Below, piece by piece: positions 1 to 9,990 of a DNA stretch of 64,000 nt (position 1 is the first letter of the stretch; each line of letters begins with the position of its first letter). Source of the stretch: Verrucomicrobiia bacterium. GTDB lineage: Bacteria; Patescibacteriota; Saccharimonadia; Saccharimonadales; JAGQNK01. Under the pieces are notes generated by a model. That model was not told the origin of the DNA, did not search any database, and saw only the letters and a list, made by a program, of their open reading frames with translations. Both the position numbers and the translations under genes were made by a program. The stretch is from contig DATHJY010000011.1 of the NCBI GenBank assembly GCA_035489575.1, positions 84,514-148,513 on the forward strand, written 5' to 3'.

Positions 1-1686
1 GGGGCCTTCTTTGGACAGCTTTTCATCAGCGTAGCATTTGTAGCCACTCTTTAGTCCAAGTTTGTTGGCTACTTCAATAGTTTGCTCGACGCCAACAGTC
101 AGCATGGCTTTTACCGCTGGGATGTTGCGCGAGCCACCCAGGGCGTAGCGGAGTGTCATCGGTCCTGGGTAACGGAAGTCATAGTCCCATAGGCAATTAG
201 CTTTTTTGTCAGTCTTGGGATTGGTTTTGACAGTACATGGATAACCCGGGATAGGTCCCTGCGTATCGTACAGGACAGAGCCAGCACCAAAGTTATTAGT
301 CTTTTCTATAAGCGCAGCATAGTCATAGGGCTTAAAGCTCGAGCCCGGGGGAAGGCGCGTGCGTGCATAGTTGAGCTCTCCATGCACCGGATTGTTAAAG
401 TCCGCTCCACCTACCAAGGCTACGATCTGACCCGTCTTTACATCTTCTGCGGTAAAGGCTGCAACATCACCGCCTTGGCGTCGCACCTGGGCCAAGCCCT
501 TGTTTACCTGGTCTTCTGCTGTCCGTTGCAATCCGAGGTCCAGGGTTGTAGTTACTTTCCATCCACCACGCTTGACGGTGTCAGCAGTGAACTTTTCTTC
601 TAGGAAATCTTTGGCAGCCAGCACAAACCATGGGGCCGTGATGCCGTTGTATTTCGCTTTGGGCTGTTTAACTTTGGCAAGAATCTCCACCTGCTTAGCT
701 GTATCGCGCTCCTGAGAGCTGATCATGCCTTGCTCTTCCATCAGCTGCAAGACGTAGTGTTGGCGACCTATTAAGGCCTCGGGGTTATATTCGGAGCCAT
801 AGGGCGAATAATAAGACGGCGACTGTGGCATAGCGGCCAAAAAGGCTGCCTCGTCTAGGGTTAGGTCTTTGGCAGATTTCTCAAAGTAATCACGAGAGGC
901 CGACTCAACCCCATATTGCACGTCACCATACGGAGCTGTATTGAGGTAACCTACCAGGATCTCCTGTTTGGAATAGCTACGCTCTAGTTCGACAGACAGA
1001 ATAACTTCTTTTATCTTGCGCTTATATGTCTGTTCTCTACCTACACTGGACTGTGTCAGGCGAACCAGCTGCTGGGTGATGGTCGAGCCACCTTGGGTGC
1101 TACCCCCCGTAAAGTTGTTATAAGCAGCGCGAACAATACCACGAGTATCAAAGCCGCCATGCTTGAAGAAGTCCTTATCCTCAATGGCTACAGTGGCTTT
1201 CTTTATATAGTCGGACATTTCTTCGTCCTTGACCGGGATACGCTTGACGGCGTCAAAATCTTCCCATAGCAAGGTCTGTCCGGTGCGGTCATAGTATCGA
1301 ATACTACCGCCCAGGTTATTTCCAGAGATATCACGCAAGTTAGGCAGATCTTTGCGGAAGTAAGCAAACAGGCCTACCAACAGCAAAAAACCTGCGATCA
1401 GGCCAATGCCGGTGAGCTTGAGGGCCATGATACCGCCCTCACGACTGAACCAGTACTTATACATGCGCTTGGGGTGCAACCTGAAGAAGAACCGCTTTAT
1501 GCGTGACTTAGGCATGCCAGCAAGCCGCTGGGCGCGGGCACGAGCATAGGCGTCCTTGCGAGCCTTGATTTTGTCGGTCAAGCTCCGGTTCACCTTGATA
1601 GTTTGACCACTTTTTGTCGTAAAGGTATTTTTGCTTTTACGGCCAAGTTTTCGACCGCGTCCAGACAACCCCTTATTTGTGCTCAT
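1..1686 (-). CDS. Class A penicillin-binding protein (GT51 glycosyltransferase + transpeptidase); C-terminus runs off the window start
   Basis: Absent from the ORF track because it has no stop in the window. Manual minus-strand translation from ATG at 1684-1686 gives MSTNKGLSGRGRKLGRKSKN..., a TM segment IMALKLTGIGLIAGFLLLVGLFAYF, GT51 motifs EDKDFFKHGGFD, GGSTITQQL and RKIKE, then SxxK (GSSFKPY). Confidence 0.85.
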   Translation of the reverse strand, partial: MSTNKGLSGRGRKLGRKSKNTFTTKSGQTIKVNRSLTDKIKARKDAYARARAQRLAGMPKSRIKRFFFRLHPKRMYKYWFSREGGIMALKLTGIGLIAGFLLLVGLFAYFRKDLPNLRDISGNNLGGSIRYYDRTGQTLLWEDFDAVKRIPVKDEEMSDYIKKATVAIEDKDFFKHGGFDTRGIVRAAYNNFTGGSTQGGSTITQQLVRLTQSSVGREQTYKRKIKEVILSVELERSYSKQEILVGYLNTAPYGDVQYGVESASRDYFEKSAKDLTLDEAAFLAAMPQSPSYYSPYGSEYNPEALIGRQHYVLQLMEEQGMISSQERDTAKQVEILAKVKQPKAKYNGITAPWFVLAAKDFLEEKFTADTVKRGGWKVTTTLDLGLQRTAEDQVNKGLAQVRRQGGDVAAFTAEDVKTGQIVALVGGADFNNPVHGELNYARTRLPPGSSFKPYDYAALIEKTNNFGAGSVLYDTQGPIPGYPCTVKTNPKTDKKANCLWDYDFRYPGPMTLRYALGGSRNIPAVKAMLTVGVEQTIEVANKLGLKSGYKCYADEKLSKEGP

Positions 1687-1939
1687 CAGATTTAGATAGC
1701 TCCTTGAATAATCCGTCTAATTGATACTGATTATAACAGAATTAGTGTCCGTACAATGCCATTTCATGCTGAGAGAAAGCTGATACTTTCTAGCTAGTTT
1801 TTGCATATCAAATCAAGATCGCAATTTACTTGCGCTTGGACTGGTCGCTGGAAGGGTAGATTACGAGGATTTAATGAAGGGAAAGCCTGGGTTATACCTG
1901 GGTTTCTCATCATTAAGTGGCTACGCTATACTGGTGGGC

Positions 1940-3193
1940 ATGAGTATGACCCTATCCGAAGAGCTCGCTTGGCGCGGGTTCGTAAACCAAACCACTTATA
2001 AAGACCCCGCCGAGCTCGACAAAGATCCTATTACTTTTTACTGGGGCGTAGATCCCAGTGCTGACTCTATGCAAATCGGCAACCTCGCCGCTGCCATGAT
2101 GGTTCGACGCTTCATAGACCATGGCCACAAGGCCATCCTGCTCGTCGGTGGCGCCACAGGATTCATTGGCGATCCGGATGGCAAAAAACAAGAACGCGGC
2201 CTCAAGACACTTGACGAAATCAGCAAAAACAAAGCCGCTATCGCCGAGCAGTACAAGACTATATTTGCCGGTAAAGATTTTGAAATCGTTGACAATTATG
2301 ACTGGTTCAAGGGCATAAACTACCTTGACTTCTTGCGTGACGTCGGCAAGCACATGCCTATGCGCCTCATGCTGGGGCGTGAGTTCGTGCAATCTCGTTT
2401 AAACGATGATGGTGCCGGTATCTCATACGCCGAATTCAGCTACTCACTCATTCAGGGGTACGACTTTTTGCACCTACACCGAGAAAAAGGAGCTACCCTG
2501 CAACTATCCGGTGCTGACCAGTGGGGAAACTGTATCGCAGGCGTAGAACTTATCCGACGTATCGACGCCAAAGAAGCACATGTCTGGACCACGCCACTTA
2601 TCGTCAACAAAGCTACCGGTGTTAAGTTTGGTAAAACAGAACAAGGTGCCATCTGGCTAGACCCCAAGAAAACCAGCATCTACAAGTTTTACCAGTTCTG
2701 GCTAAATGTCGATGATGAAGGCGTCATAGACTATATGAAAATCTACACCTTACTTTCAAAAGAACAGATAGACGAGATCGCTGCACAGTTTAATGACAAC
2801 CGGGCTACCCGCATTGCCCAAAAAACCTTGGCATACGAAGTCACCAAGCTTGTCCACGGCCAAGAAGCAGCCGACACTCAGGTAAAAATCGCCCAGGCAC
2901 TGTTTGGCGGCGATACCCTAGACCTAGGCCAAGCCGAATTCCAGAGTCTCAGCGGCGAGTTCCCCGTGGGCACCGTTCCTAAACGCATGACACCAGAGGA
3001 TTTATTTGAGGCAGTTGTCCAGACACGCTTGGCATCATCAAAATCAGAGGCTCGGCGATTCCTAGAAGCTGGCGCTCTTTATATAAACAACAACCAGATA
3101 AAACCCAATGAAAGCTTTTTATACGATCAGGGCGCGCAACATGCGGTTGTTCGGCGGGGCAAGAACACAATAGCAATCTTAAAAATTACATAA
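1940..3193 (+). CDS. tyrS: Tyrosyl-tRNA synthetase
   Basis: ORF 1874..3193. Class I aaRS with KFGKT (KMSKS-type) motif and C-terminal S4-like domain. Start moved to the ATG giving MSMTLSEELAWRGF, the typical TyrRS N-terminus; the start is uncertain. Confidence 0.88.
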   Translation: MSMTLSEELAWRGFVNQTTYKDPAELDKDPITFYWGVDPSADSMQIGNLAAAMMVRRFIDHGHKAILLVGGATGFIGDPDGKKQERGLKTLDEISKNKAAIAEQYKTIFAGKDFEIVDNYDWFKGINYLDFLRDVGKHMPMRLMLGREFVQSRLNDDGAGISYAEFSYSLIQGYDFLHLHREKGATLQLSGADQWGNCIAGVELIRRIDAKEAHVWTTPLIVNKATGVKFGKTEQGAIWLDPKKTSIYKFYQFWLNVDDEGVIDYMKIYTLLSKEQIDEIAAQFNDNRATRIAQKTLAYEVTKLVHGQEAADTQVKIAQALFGGDTLDLGQAEFQSLSGEFPVGTVPKRMTPEDLFEAVVQTRLASSKSEARRFLEAGALYINNNQIKPNESFLYDQGAQHAVVRRGKNTIAILKIT

Positions 3194-3213
3194 GGTGTAT
3201 ACTGACTGACGAT

Positions 3214-4002
3214 ATGGCTACTACAACTAAAAACTCAGCAAAAACTAAAGTAAAAAAGGCAGACCAGTACAACGACCCCTCGCACAACTACCTGCGCTAC
3301 TGGGATGGTCGTGATTACGAGCATGCTGCCGAGGAAATGGCCCTGAAGCGCCTCCTGCATGGCAAACACTTCAGGCATGCCGCTGATATTGGCGGCGGGT
3401 ACGGCCGACTTTGTTTATTCCTAGAAAATTACGCAGACAAAGTCACCCTGGCGGAGCCTTCGCAGCAACAACTAGACATTGCCAAAGATTTCCTAAAAGG
3501 ACATCCGGAGATTGATCGTGTCCTAACCCAGACAGAAGACCTCCAGCTAAAAGACAAATCGGTCGACCTCATCACCGTTATCCGGGTCATGCACCATTTG
3601 CCCGAGCCAGCCGACAGCTTTGCAGAGCTAGCCCGTGTACTCAGTGACGACGGCTACCTGATACTAGAAGTCGCCAACTACGCTCACGGCCGCAATCGCC
3701 TAAAGCACATACTAAAAGGCAAGAAGCTCCCAATAGAGCCAGTAGATATCCGTTCGGCTCAGAACAAAAAGCAGGACGAGATTCCTTTTGTGAACCACAA
3801 CCCTAAAACGGTCGTAAAACAGCTGGCCCATGCCGGCCTCAAGGTAGAAAAGGTGCTGTCTGTATCTAACCTACGCAGCCCTGGCCTCAAAAAGCTGATA
3901 CCTAAAGGTGTCATGCTGTCTGCCGAGAAGGTCATGCAGACCACATTGGCTCGGACCTACTTTGGCCCTAGCGTCTTTTTCTTGATCAAAAAAGCTAAAT
4001 AG
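3214..4002 (+). CDS. Class I SAM-dependent methyltransferase
   Basis: ORF track. Motif I DIGGGYGR, followed by LITVIRVMHHL, typical of Methyltransf_11/25-type folds. Confidence 0.7.
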   Translation: MATTTKNSAKTKVKKADQYNDPSHNYLRYWDGRDYEHAAEEMALKRLLHGKHFRHAADIGGGYGRLCLFLENYADKVTLAEPSQQQLDIAKDFLKGHPEIDRVLTQTEDLQLKDKSVDLITVIRVMHHLPEPADSFAELARVLSDDGYLILEVANYAHGRNRLKHILKGKKLPIEPVDIRSAQNKKQDEIPFVNHNPKTVVKQLAHAGLKVEKVLSVSNLRSPGLKKLIPKGVMLSAEKVMQTTLARTYFGPSVFFLIKKAK

Positions 4003-4132
4003 TTTTCGCTCTTTTCAGAGCTCATCAGCGTGACTGGGATGGGTTCTTAAATATTCACGGAACTATTTTGCACCAGGAGGATACCCATCTGGGGATGCGC
4101 CGTATGCGCAGAGCCCCAGTGGACAGCAAGCT

Positions 4133-4624
4133 TCAGAAGAGCGCATCAACAATAAATCGGATGCGATCGTACGCCGACTCATCATCGATGATCTCAGAAG
4201 TGCCCAGCAGCGTGGCAGTCATGACGTTCTGGTAATTGTAACCGAGGATCAGGACGAAGCCACTCAAGGGCGCGTCGAGCATAGACCTACGGATACCGCG
4301 TACACCACCAGCGAGCACAAGGGAGTCCTTGATAAAAACTACATCCTTGATCTCCAAGTAGTAGACGCTCTCTCCAATCTCTAACAAGAGCGTAGGCCTC
4401 TCGTCGATATCAACCTTGCGATGCACAAGGAACATTTCAACGCGATACCTGAGCAGTAGCTCTAATTTAGATACCACCTCATCAAGATTCTGTGGCACCC
4501 GCCTGTCCTCAAGTAACAGGAAGGGCAACGACGGACTCTTAGGAGAGAGGGAAATGGCTGTACCTCCTGGTGCGTACTCTACCTTCTCAGGCGAGCAATT
4601 GATCTGACATTGCAGAACATGCAT
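4133..4624 (-). CDS. Hypothetical protein
   Basis: 163-aa ORF with no recognisable motif. TATAAT abuts the annotated ATG, so the true start may be internal. Confidence 0.4.
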   Translation of the reverse strand: MHVLQCQINCSPEKVEYAPGGTAISLSPKSPSLPFLLLEDRRVPQNLDEVVSKLELLLRYRVEMFLVHRKVDIDERPTLLLEIGESVYYLEIKDVVFIKDSLVLAGGVRGIRRSMLDAPLSGFVLILGYNYQNVMTATLLGTSEIIDDESAYDRIRFIVDALF

Positions 4625-4675
4625 ATTATATCATATATATACAGATCCAGCAATGTAACCTTATACTGGTGACTG

Positions 4676-6709
4676 ATGAAACTAACAAGTCCGCTAACTG
4701 ATGTAAAAGGTGTGGGGCCGGAGGTGGCGAAGAAGTACGCCAGCGCTGGCATTGCCACTGTCGCCCAACTGATTGACTACTATCCACGGGCTTACGAAGA
4801 TTATTCGCATATACAATCCATTGGCCATATCAAACCCGGCACCGTCACCATTAAAGCCACTATCAAACAAGCAACCGGGCGATATGTTCGCAGAGGCATG
4901 CATATCACCGAGGCTATCGCCAACGACGGGACTGGCGACGTGCGCCTGGTCTGGTTTAATCAGCCGTACCGGGCCGGCGCCATAAAGCCAGGGGCCGACT
5001 ATTTTATATCTGGTGATTTCGGACTCCGCCGTCAGCACCTGAACATCCTGAACCCTTCGGCCGAGCTGGTGAGCGACTTTCCGGTGAATACGGCGCGGAT
5101 TATACCCGTGTACCGCGAGGCCAAGGGCCTGAAGTCTTTGCAAATCAGGAAGTTCTTGCGCGAATGCATGCCCATGATCCGATCGTTGCCAGAGACTCTA
5201 CCAGGCTGGGTCGTGCAAGAACAGCAGCTTTTATCCCGGGCTCAGGCGCTCGAGGCACTGCATTTTCCGCAATCATCTGCAGAGCTCGAGAAAGCGCGGC
5301 GGCGACTGGGGTTCGAGGAAGTGTTCGAGCTTTCTTTAGCGGCCTTACTCAATAAGTATGATCTGCTGAAAGAAACATCGCTCGAGATTCCGTTTCACGA
5401 GCAGTTGGCCAAAGACTTTGTAGGGCACTTGCCATTTACTCTGACGCCCGCTCAAAAGAAGGCCGTGTGGCAGATTTATCTAGATATGCAAAAGAGCCAC
5501 CCCATGAATCGACTGTTAGAGGGCGATGTCGGCTCTGGCAAGACCGTCGTTGCGGCCATGGCTGCCGTGATGGTCATGCAGCAGGGGTTCCAGGTGGCCC
5601 TCATGGCCCCCACCGAGATATTGGCCCGGCAACATGCCGAGACGCTATATGACCTCCTAGCCCCTTTGGGCACGGCAGACAAACTGACACTATTAGTCGG
5701 CGGGCTAAAGCCGGCACAGAAAAAAGCCGCTCAGGAACGCATCAGGCAAGGCGATGTCAGTTTTATTGTGGGCACCCATGCGCTTATTCAGGAGAAGGTG
5801 GACATGCACAAACTAGGGCTGATAGTTGTAGATGAGCAACATCGTTTTGGCGTAGACCAACGCAAAACACTGCAGACAAAGGCCGGTCACATGCCGCACG
5901 TACTCAATATGACCGCCACACCCATACCCCGCAGCCTAGCACTGACACTGTACGGAGAACTGGATGTCACCGTTATAGATGCCAAACCAATGGGCCGCAA
6001 ACCAATAATGACCAAAATTATATCGCCAAATTCCCGCGCCCAACTGTATGAACGGGCCACCAAGCAGCTCGAACAAGGTCGCCAAATGTTTGTAGTCACC
6101 CCGCTGGTGAATGACTCTGACGCCCTGGCAGCCCGGTCCGCCGACAGCGTACACAAAGAGCTGGTTAGAACCTTCAAGAAGTGGCGGATCGGCCTGCTGC
6201 ACGGCAAGATGAAGCCAGCAGACAAGGATCAGGTCATGCAGCAATTCATGCGACATGAGCTTGATGTGCTGGTGGCCACTACGGTGATCGAAGTAGGCGT
6301 GAATGTCCCCAATGCTACGGTTATGATTCTTGAAAATGCCGACCGCTTTGGCCTGGCCCAAATACACCAGTTGCGGGGGAGGGTAGGGCGCAGCGAACAC
6401 CAGGGTTACTGCTTTTTGGTTATGAGCGATAGCAAAGCGCCCAGTCGTCGCCTACGGGCGCTCGAACAAACCACCGACGGCTTTGCGCTAGCTGAACTAG
6501 ACCTAGAACTCCGTGGTCCAGGCGCCATCTACGGCACGCTGCAAAGTGGCGAGCTGGATCTGCGCATTGCTAAGCTGAGTGACACCAAGCTAATCGCTGC
6601 CGCGCGTCACACCGCCCAGACCTTCATAGACAAACAAGAAAACCTGAAAAAATATAAAGAGCTGTACGCTCGAGTCACACGAGCACGGGCAGTGACAAAC
6701 CTCAATTGA
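4676..6709 (+). CDS. recG: ATP-dependent DNA helicase RecG
   Basis: 677 aa. Wedge-domain N-terminus, Walker A GDVGSGKT, DEQHRFG, and helicase C motifs (QLRGRVGR). Confidence 0.92.
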   Translation: MKLTSPLTDVKGVGPEVAKKYASAGIATVAQLIDYYPRAYEDYSHIQSIGHIKPGTVTIKATIKQATGRYVRRGMHITEAIANDGTGDVRLVWFNQPYRAGAIKPGADYFISGDFGLRRQHLNILNPSAELVSDFPVNTARIIPVYREAKGLKSLQIRKFLRECMPMIRSLPETLPGWVVQEQQLLSRAQALEALHFPQSSAELEKARRRLGFEEVFELSLAALLNKYDLLKETSLEIPFHEQLAKDFVGHLPFTLTPAQKKAVWQIYLDMQKSHPMNRLLEGDVGSGKTVVAAMAAVMVMQQGFQVALMAPTEILARQHAETLYDLLAPLGTADKLTLLVGGLKPAQKKAAQERIRQGDVSFIVGTHALIQEKVDMHKLGLIVVDEQHRFGVDQRKTLQTKAGHMPHVLNMTATPIPRSLALTLYGELDVTVIDAKPMGRKPIMTKIISPNSRAQLYERATKQLEQGRQMFVVTPLVNDSDALAARSADSVHKELVRTFKKWRIGLLHGKMKPADKDQVMQQFMRHELDVLVATTVIEVGVNVPNATVMILENADRFGLAQIHQLRGRVGRSEHQGYCFLVMSDSKAPSRRLRALEQTTDGFALAELDLELRGPGAIYGTLQSGELDLRIAKLSDTKLIAAARHTAQTFIDKQENLKKYKELYARVTRARAVTNLN

Positions 6710-6962
6710 GGACCTAGACCTGAATCACGAAACTCAATTTAACAGAGGTGGTTGCAACTCAAGTTCATTTTTGATCAACAGAGGTAAAGTTTTGAGCGAA
6801 ACTACCGCTAACGGAGGTAGAGAACCTAGATATTGACTCTGTGTTGTTTTCGTGGCATAGTATAGACTGTTATCAATGGACGGTAACACTGACGTCCTCT
6901 GTTAAAGCGTTTTTGCCAGATCACATCCGTCGGATCCTCGGATCCTAATGAGGAGGTACCCT

Positions 6963-7301
6963 ATGTCTCACGACATCGCCGCCACGGCCTCTGAACATCA
7001 CTACATCCTGGGTATCGACCTGTACCTGGGCTCGAATCCCCATGACACTCGCGATTTCCCGGGCCTTCGGTCCCCAGACGCCCTCGGCCAGCTCGACAGC
7101 AGTCTCAAGCTGCTTCCCAAGATCGACGATGGCCAAGGTGTGCCGCGCACCCAGCTGACCCCGAGCGCCTTCAGGGCCGTCGCCCGATGGGCCGAGAGAC
7201 ACTGTGCGCCAGATGCTCTTCAGAACCTGACAATCTGGCTGGGAGATCACGTCAACCAAGGATTTGCCTTCGGCTACGCCAGCGAGATTCCACTTCAATA
7301 A
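6963..7301 (+). CDS. Hypothetical protein, high-GC (foreign-looking) composition
   Basis: Strong SD (aatGAGGAGGtaccctATG). Codon third positions are mostly G/C. Chosen over the overlapping minus-strand 155-aa shadow ORF 6945..7412. Confidence 0.55.
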   Translation: MSHDIAATASEHHYILGIDLYLGSNPHDTRDFPGLRSPDALGQLDSSLKLLPKIDDGQGVPRTQLTPSAFRAVARWAERHCAPDALQNLTIWLGDHVNQGFAFGYASEIPLQ

Positions 7302-7344
7302 CGCAAGAGGCAGTAGCTTCAATAAGAACAGAGGGCTGTCCAGG

Positions 7345-7393
7345 GCGGGAGAAAAGGTGTGGTCAAACCACAACACGAGCCTTTTTCTCCCGC
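7345..7393 (+). terminator. Stem-loop downstream of the 6963-7301 ORF
   Basis: Arms gcgggagaaaagg / cctttttctcccgc (13 bp with one bulge) enclose an inner tgtgg/ccaca hairpin. No clear U-tract. Confidence 0.35.
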
Positions 7394-7447
7394 TGACAGC
7401 ACCCATTTTCATGACCTTTACTCGTGGACATAGGCACTGTCAGCACC

Positions 7448-7613
7448 TATAACCCCTGCGAAACAAAACTTGTGAACTTAGGCTGATGATCCGAGTGAGC
7501 CGGAATCACCCGGACCGAGTGAAACATATCCGTAGATACGGTGAGTGAGGGCCGAGTGATTCCGGCCGCTCGGGCGCGGCATAAGACACAGGTTTTGCTT
7601 CGCGGGGGTTATA
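7448..7613. repeat. 166-nt nested inverted repeat (rod-like hairpin; MITE-like element or structured ncRNA)
   Basis: Outer arms 7448-7474 / 7587-7613 pair over 27 positions (1 mismatch; 2 G-U if read as plus-strand RNA). Inner arms 7491-7509 / 7556-7573 pair over 16 bp. The motif ccgagtga occurs three times inside. Confidence 0.6.
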
Positions 7614-7670
7614 CTATAGGAGTAGCTTAGTGGCGTATGTAATGGTCGCCTCTGTAGTAGCCCATAAACT

Positions 7671-8570
7671 ATGTATTCTGGAACAACACTTACAAAATAT
7701 TCTGGTCGTGTGCTTGGGGCACACCAAAAGATTGATCGGGTGGCACGCAAGCACCTGTCGAAGCTTCTGAAAGACGATGCAGTTTTTCCCAGTAGCCGCA
7801 ATTTGCTGCACTTCGAGGGCAAGAACGGTCCAGATGGCATAAAGGTCAAAAGCCCCGCAAAGGACGAACCCTGGCACTATTTCAACCCTTTTGACGACAG
7901 CGATACCCAAATCATTGACCTTATCGAGGGCCACTACAAGCAACTAGTCAAAGAGCTCAAAGCCAACAACCGTGAACGCATAGCCTTTGAGGCCGCCTGG
8001 CTGTCTCACGCCATCGTCGACGGCCTGACGCCCGCTCACCACTACCCCTACGAAGAAAAGCTGGTCGAGCTCCGCAAGGGCGAAGGCATAGAAACCCGCA
8101 CCACCTACAAAGAAAAACTGATCATGCATGGCGACACCCGCCGCGAAAAAGTCAAAAACAACTGGAAGATGTGGGGTGCCCGCGGCCTGTTCATGACCCA
8201 TACGCTGTTCGAGATGGGCGTGGCCACTATTATCAAGCCCCTCAATTTTACCGAAGCCATTCCCAAGCCCAAAGAAGTCGCCCACATGCTAGATATTGGG
8301 CCAGCCGAATGGTTCAAGCGCACCGCCCGTGAGATTGCCGTGCTGGACATGTACACCCGGTACTACGAAAAAGGCTGGACCCCCAAACTGGCTTATGATG
8401 TCCGGCACAAACTGGGCCCACTTATCATTAAGAACGTCGCGCTCACGTGGTACGCCGCGTTAGCCGAAGCAAAGGTTATAGATCCAAAGAGTCTACCTGT
8501 CAAATCTCGTTTGTTAAGCAAAAGGCGCAGATCGTCGAGCTATAAAACAGTAAAAAATGAGGAGGCGTAA
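7671..8570 (+). CDS. Hypothetical protein (His-rich pattern faintly reminiscent of Zn phospholipase C / P1-nuclease-like folds)
   Basis: 299-aa ORF with genome-typical composition. The functional guess rests only on spaced H/D/W residues (HQKIDR, WHYF, HAIVDGLTPAHH). Confidence 0.55.
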   Translation: MYSGTTLTKYSGRVLGAHQKIDRVARKHLSKLLKDDAVFPSSRNLLHFEGKNGPDGIKVKSPAKDEPWHYFNPFDDSDTQIIDLIEGHYKQLVKELKANNRERIAFEAAWLSHAIVDGLTPAHHYPYEEKLVELRKGEGIETRTTYKEKLIMHGDTRREKVKNNWKMWGARGLFMTHTLFEMGVATIIKPLNFTEAIPKPKEVAHMLDIGPAEWFKRTAREIAVLDMYTRYYEKGWTPKLAYDVRHKLGPLIIKNVALTWYAALAEAKVIDPKSLPVKSRLLSKRRRSSSYKTVKNEEA

Positions 8571-8696
8571 CCATGATTACGGCTACGAGTTTTTGGCTGT
8601 TTTTAGCCGACGAGGTGTGCACTGCCACCCCATGAAACAGGTTTCATGGGGACCCCGACTTTTGGCTGAACAGGATTTGACAGGTAGATTCTTAGC

Positions 8697-9233
8697 ATGA
8701 GAGTCATCGCCGGAAATTTAGGCGGAAGAACATTCCACAGTCCTAAGACCCATAACACCCACCCCACAAGCGAGAAAATCCGTGGAGCAGTTTTTAATAT
8801 GCTCGGCGATATTCACGGGCTGACCGTTTTAGACGCTTTTGCCGGCAGTGGCGCGATGAGCTACGAAGCCATCAGCCGGGGCGCACAACACGCCATGCTT
8901 ATCGAACTAGACAAGGGTGCTTTTACAACAATCAAAGAAAACGTCGAGCTACTTGGGCTAGAAGACCACATAACAGCCGTACGCGGCAATATAAAAGGCT
9001 GGTCCAACAACAACCTGGACAAGCAGTACGACATAGTAATATGTGACCCACCCTACGATGCTGTGCTAGAAATGCTTATTCACAAGATCTCGCGGCATGT
9101 AGCCAGGGGTGGCACACTTCTCGTATCTTGGCCCACTAGCGAACCCACGCCGGTCATTCCCGACATGGAGCTAACTAGGCACAAAGTCTATGGCAACGCC
9201 CAGGTTGTTGCCTACAAAAAACCTAGTTCTTAG
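8697..9233 (+). CDS. rsmD: 16S rRNA (guanine966-N2)-methyltransferase RsmD-like
   Basis: 178 aa with LDAFAGSGA (SAM motif) and the DPPY catalytic motif. Confidence 0.8.
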   Translation: MRVIAGNLGGRTFHSPKTHNTHPTSEKIRGAVFNMLGDIHGLTVLDAFAGSGAMSYEAISRGAQHAMLIELDKGAFTTIKENVELLGLEDHITAVRGNIKGWSNNNLDKQYDIVICDPPYDAVLEMLIHKISRHVARGGTLLVSWPTSEPTPVIPDMELTRHKVYGNAQVVAYKKPSS

Positions 9234-9873
9234 AGGCTTTTTTGATCTGCTCGTATCGAACAGCAGGGGCGCAGTAGTACACCACTTGCAAGATAGCAGT
9301 AGCCACAGCCAACAAAGGTATGACACCCAGTAGACCTATTAGGACAGACACGCCAACGACCCCCCACAGGGCGTTCGCAAAGGGCTTGGAATCAGCCTGA
9401 CTTTGGCGCATGGCTTCTCGTACAGTGAGCTTGCGATCATACAGATAAAACGGCGCTAGCAGATAGCGCTTAATCATAAAGAAGCCTGGCACAATCAGCA
9501 GGATAAAACCACCAATGACTAGCAGCGTCGTCAAAATAGACAGGCCGTAAAAGCGCCAGAAGTACTTTCTGCCTCCCCGGAGTGCCTCGCCAATAGTTAC
9601 TTCCTGGCCTCGCACGCTCTTGAGCTGCAAGAACGGAATCGCCGGAGCAACCAATAGCCCAGCAATCCCGCCCACCAAGCCAGCCAGCAGGGCAACTGTG
9701 TTTGTGTCGGTACCTCCGCGGTTACCGAAGGCACCGCTTACTACAAATCCGGCAATCGGCAAGAGTAACAGGGCCAGAAACGTCCAGATATTGACCATGA
9801 TGGCCTCGTAGCTAGGTTTGAAAAGCGCAAAGGCGCTGGGTAGATTTGCTGCCTGCGGATGCTTGTGAGCCAT
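9223..9873 (-). CDS. Integral membrane protein, unknown function
   Basis: 216-aa ORF with about 5 hydrophobic helices. Confidence 0.6.
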   Translation of the reverse strand: MAHKHPQAANLPSAFALFKPSYEAIMVNIWTFLALLLLPIAGFVVSGAFGNRGGTDTNTVALLAGLVGGIAGLLVAPAIPFLQLKSVRGQEVTIGEALRGGRKYFWRFYGLSILTTLLVIGGFILLIVPGFFMIKRYLLAPFYLYDRKLTVREAMRQSQADSKPFANALWGVVGVSVLIGLLGVIPLLAVATAILQVVYYCAPAVRYEQIKKASKN

Positions 9874-9990
9874 AAAGGGTTCTCCTGATTGTTTCTATAA
9901 TCATTCGCTAAATAGATGTGCCTGTCAATCAAGCCTGTACAAACACCCTGTTAACCTCGTATAATTGCATCCGTCACAACCTTAACCTGC

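Noticed and set aside
1687-1939. T-box riboswitches upstream of tyrS, and likewise hisS and trpS
   Set aside because: I looked for the conserved T-box 14-mer (..GGTGGTACCGCG..) and specifier-loop architecture and found nothing convincing. The hairpins present are short.
6945-7412. 155-aa minus-strand ORF
   Set aside because: It mirrors the plus-strand ORF 6963-7301, which has a canonical GAGGAGG SD and G/C-rich third codon positions. The minus-strand frame lacks an SD, and in high-GC DNA shadow ORFs are expected.
7448-7613. Assignment of the rod-like repeat to SRP RNA, tmRNA or RNase P RNA
   Set aside because: No GGAA-tetraloop/AGCAGCC domain IV motif, no tRNA-like GGGG...CCACCA ends, and the size is wrong for RNase P. 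6S RNA cannot be excluded without a covariance-model search.
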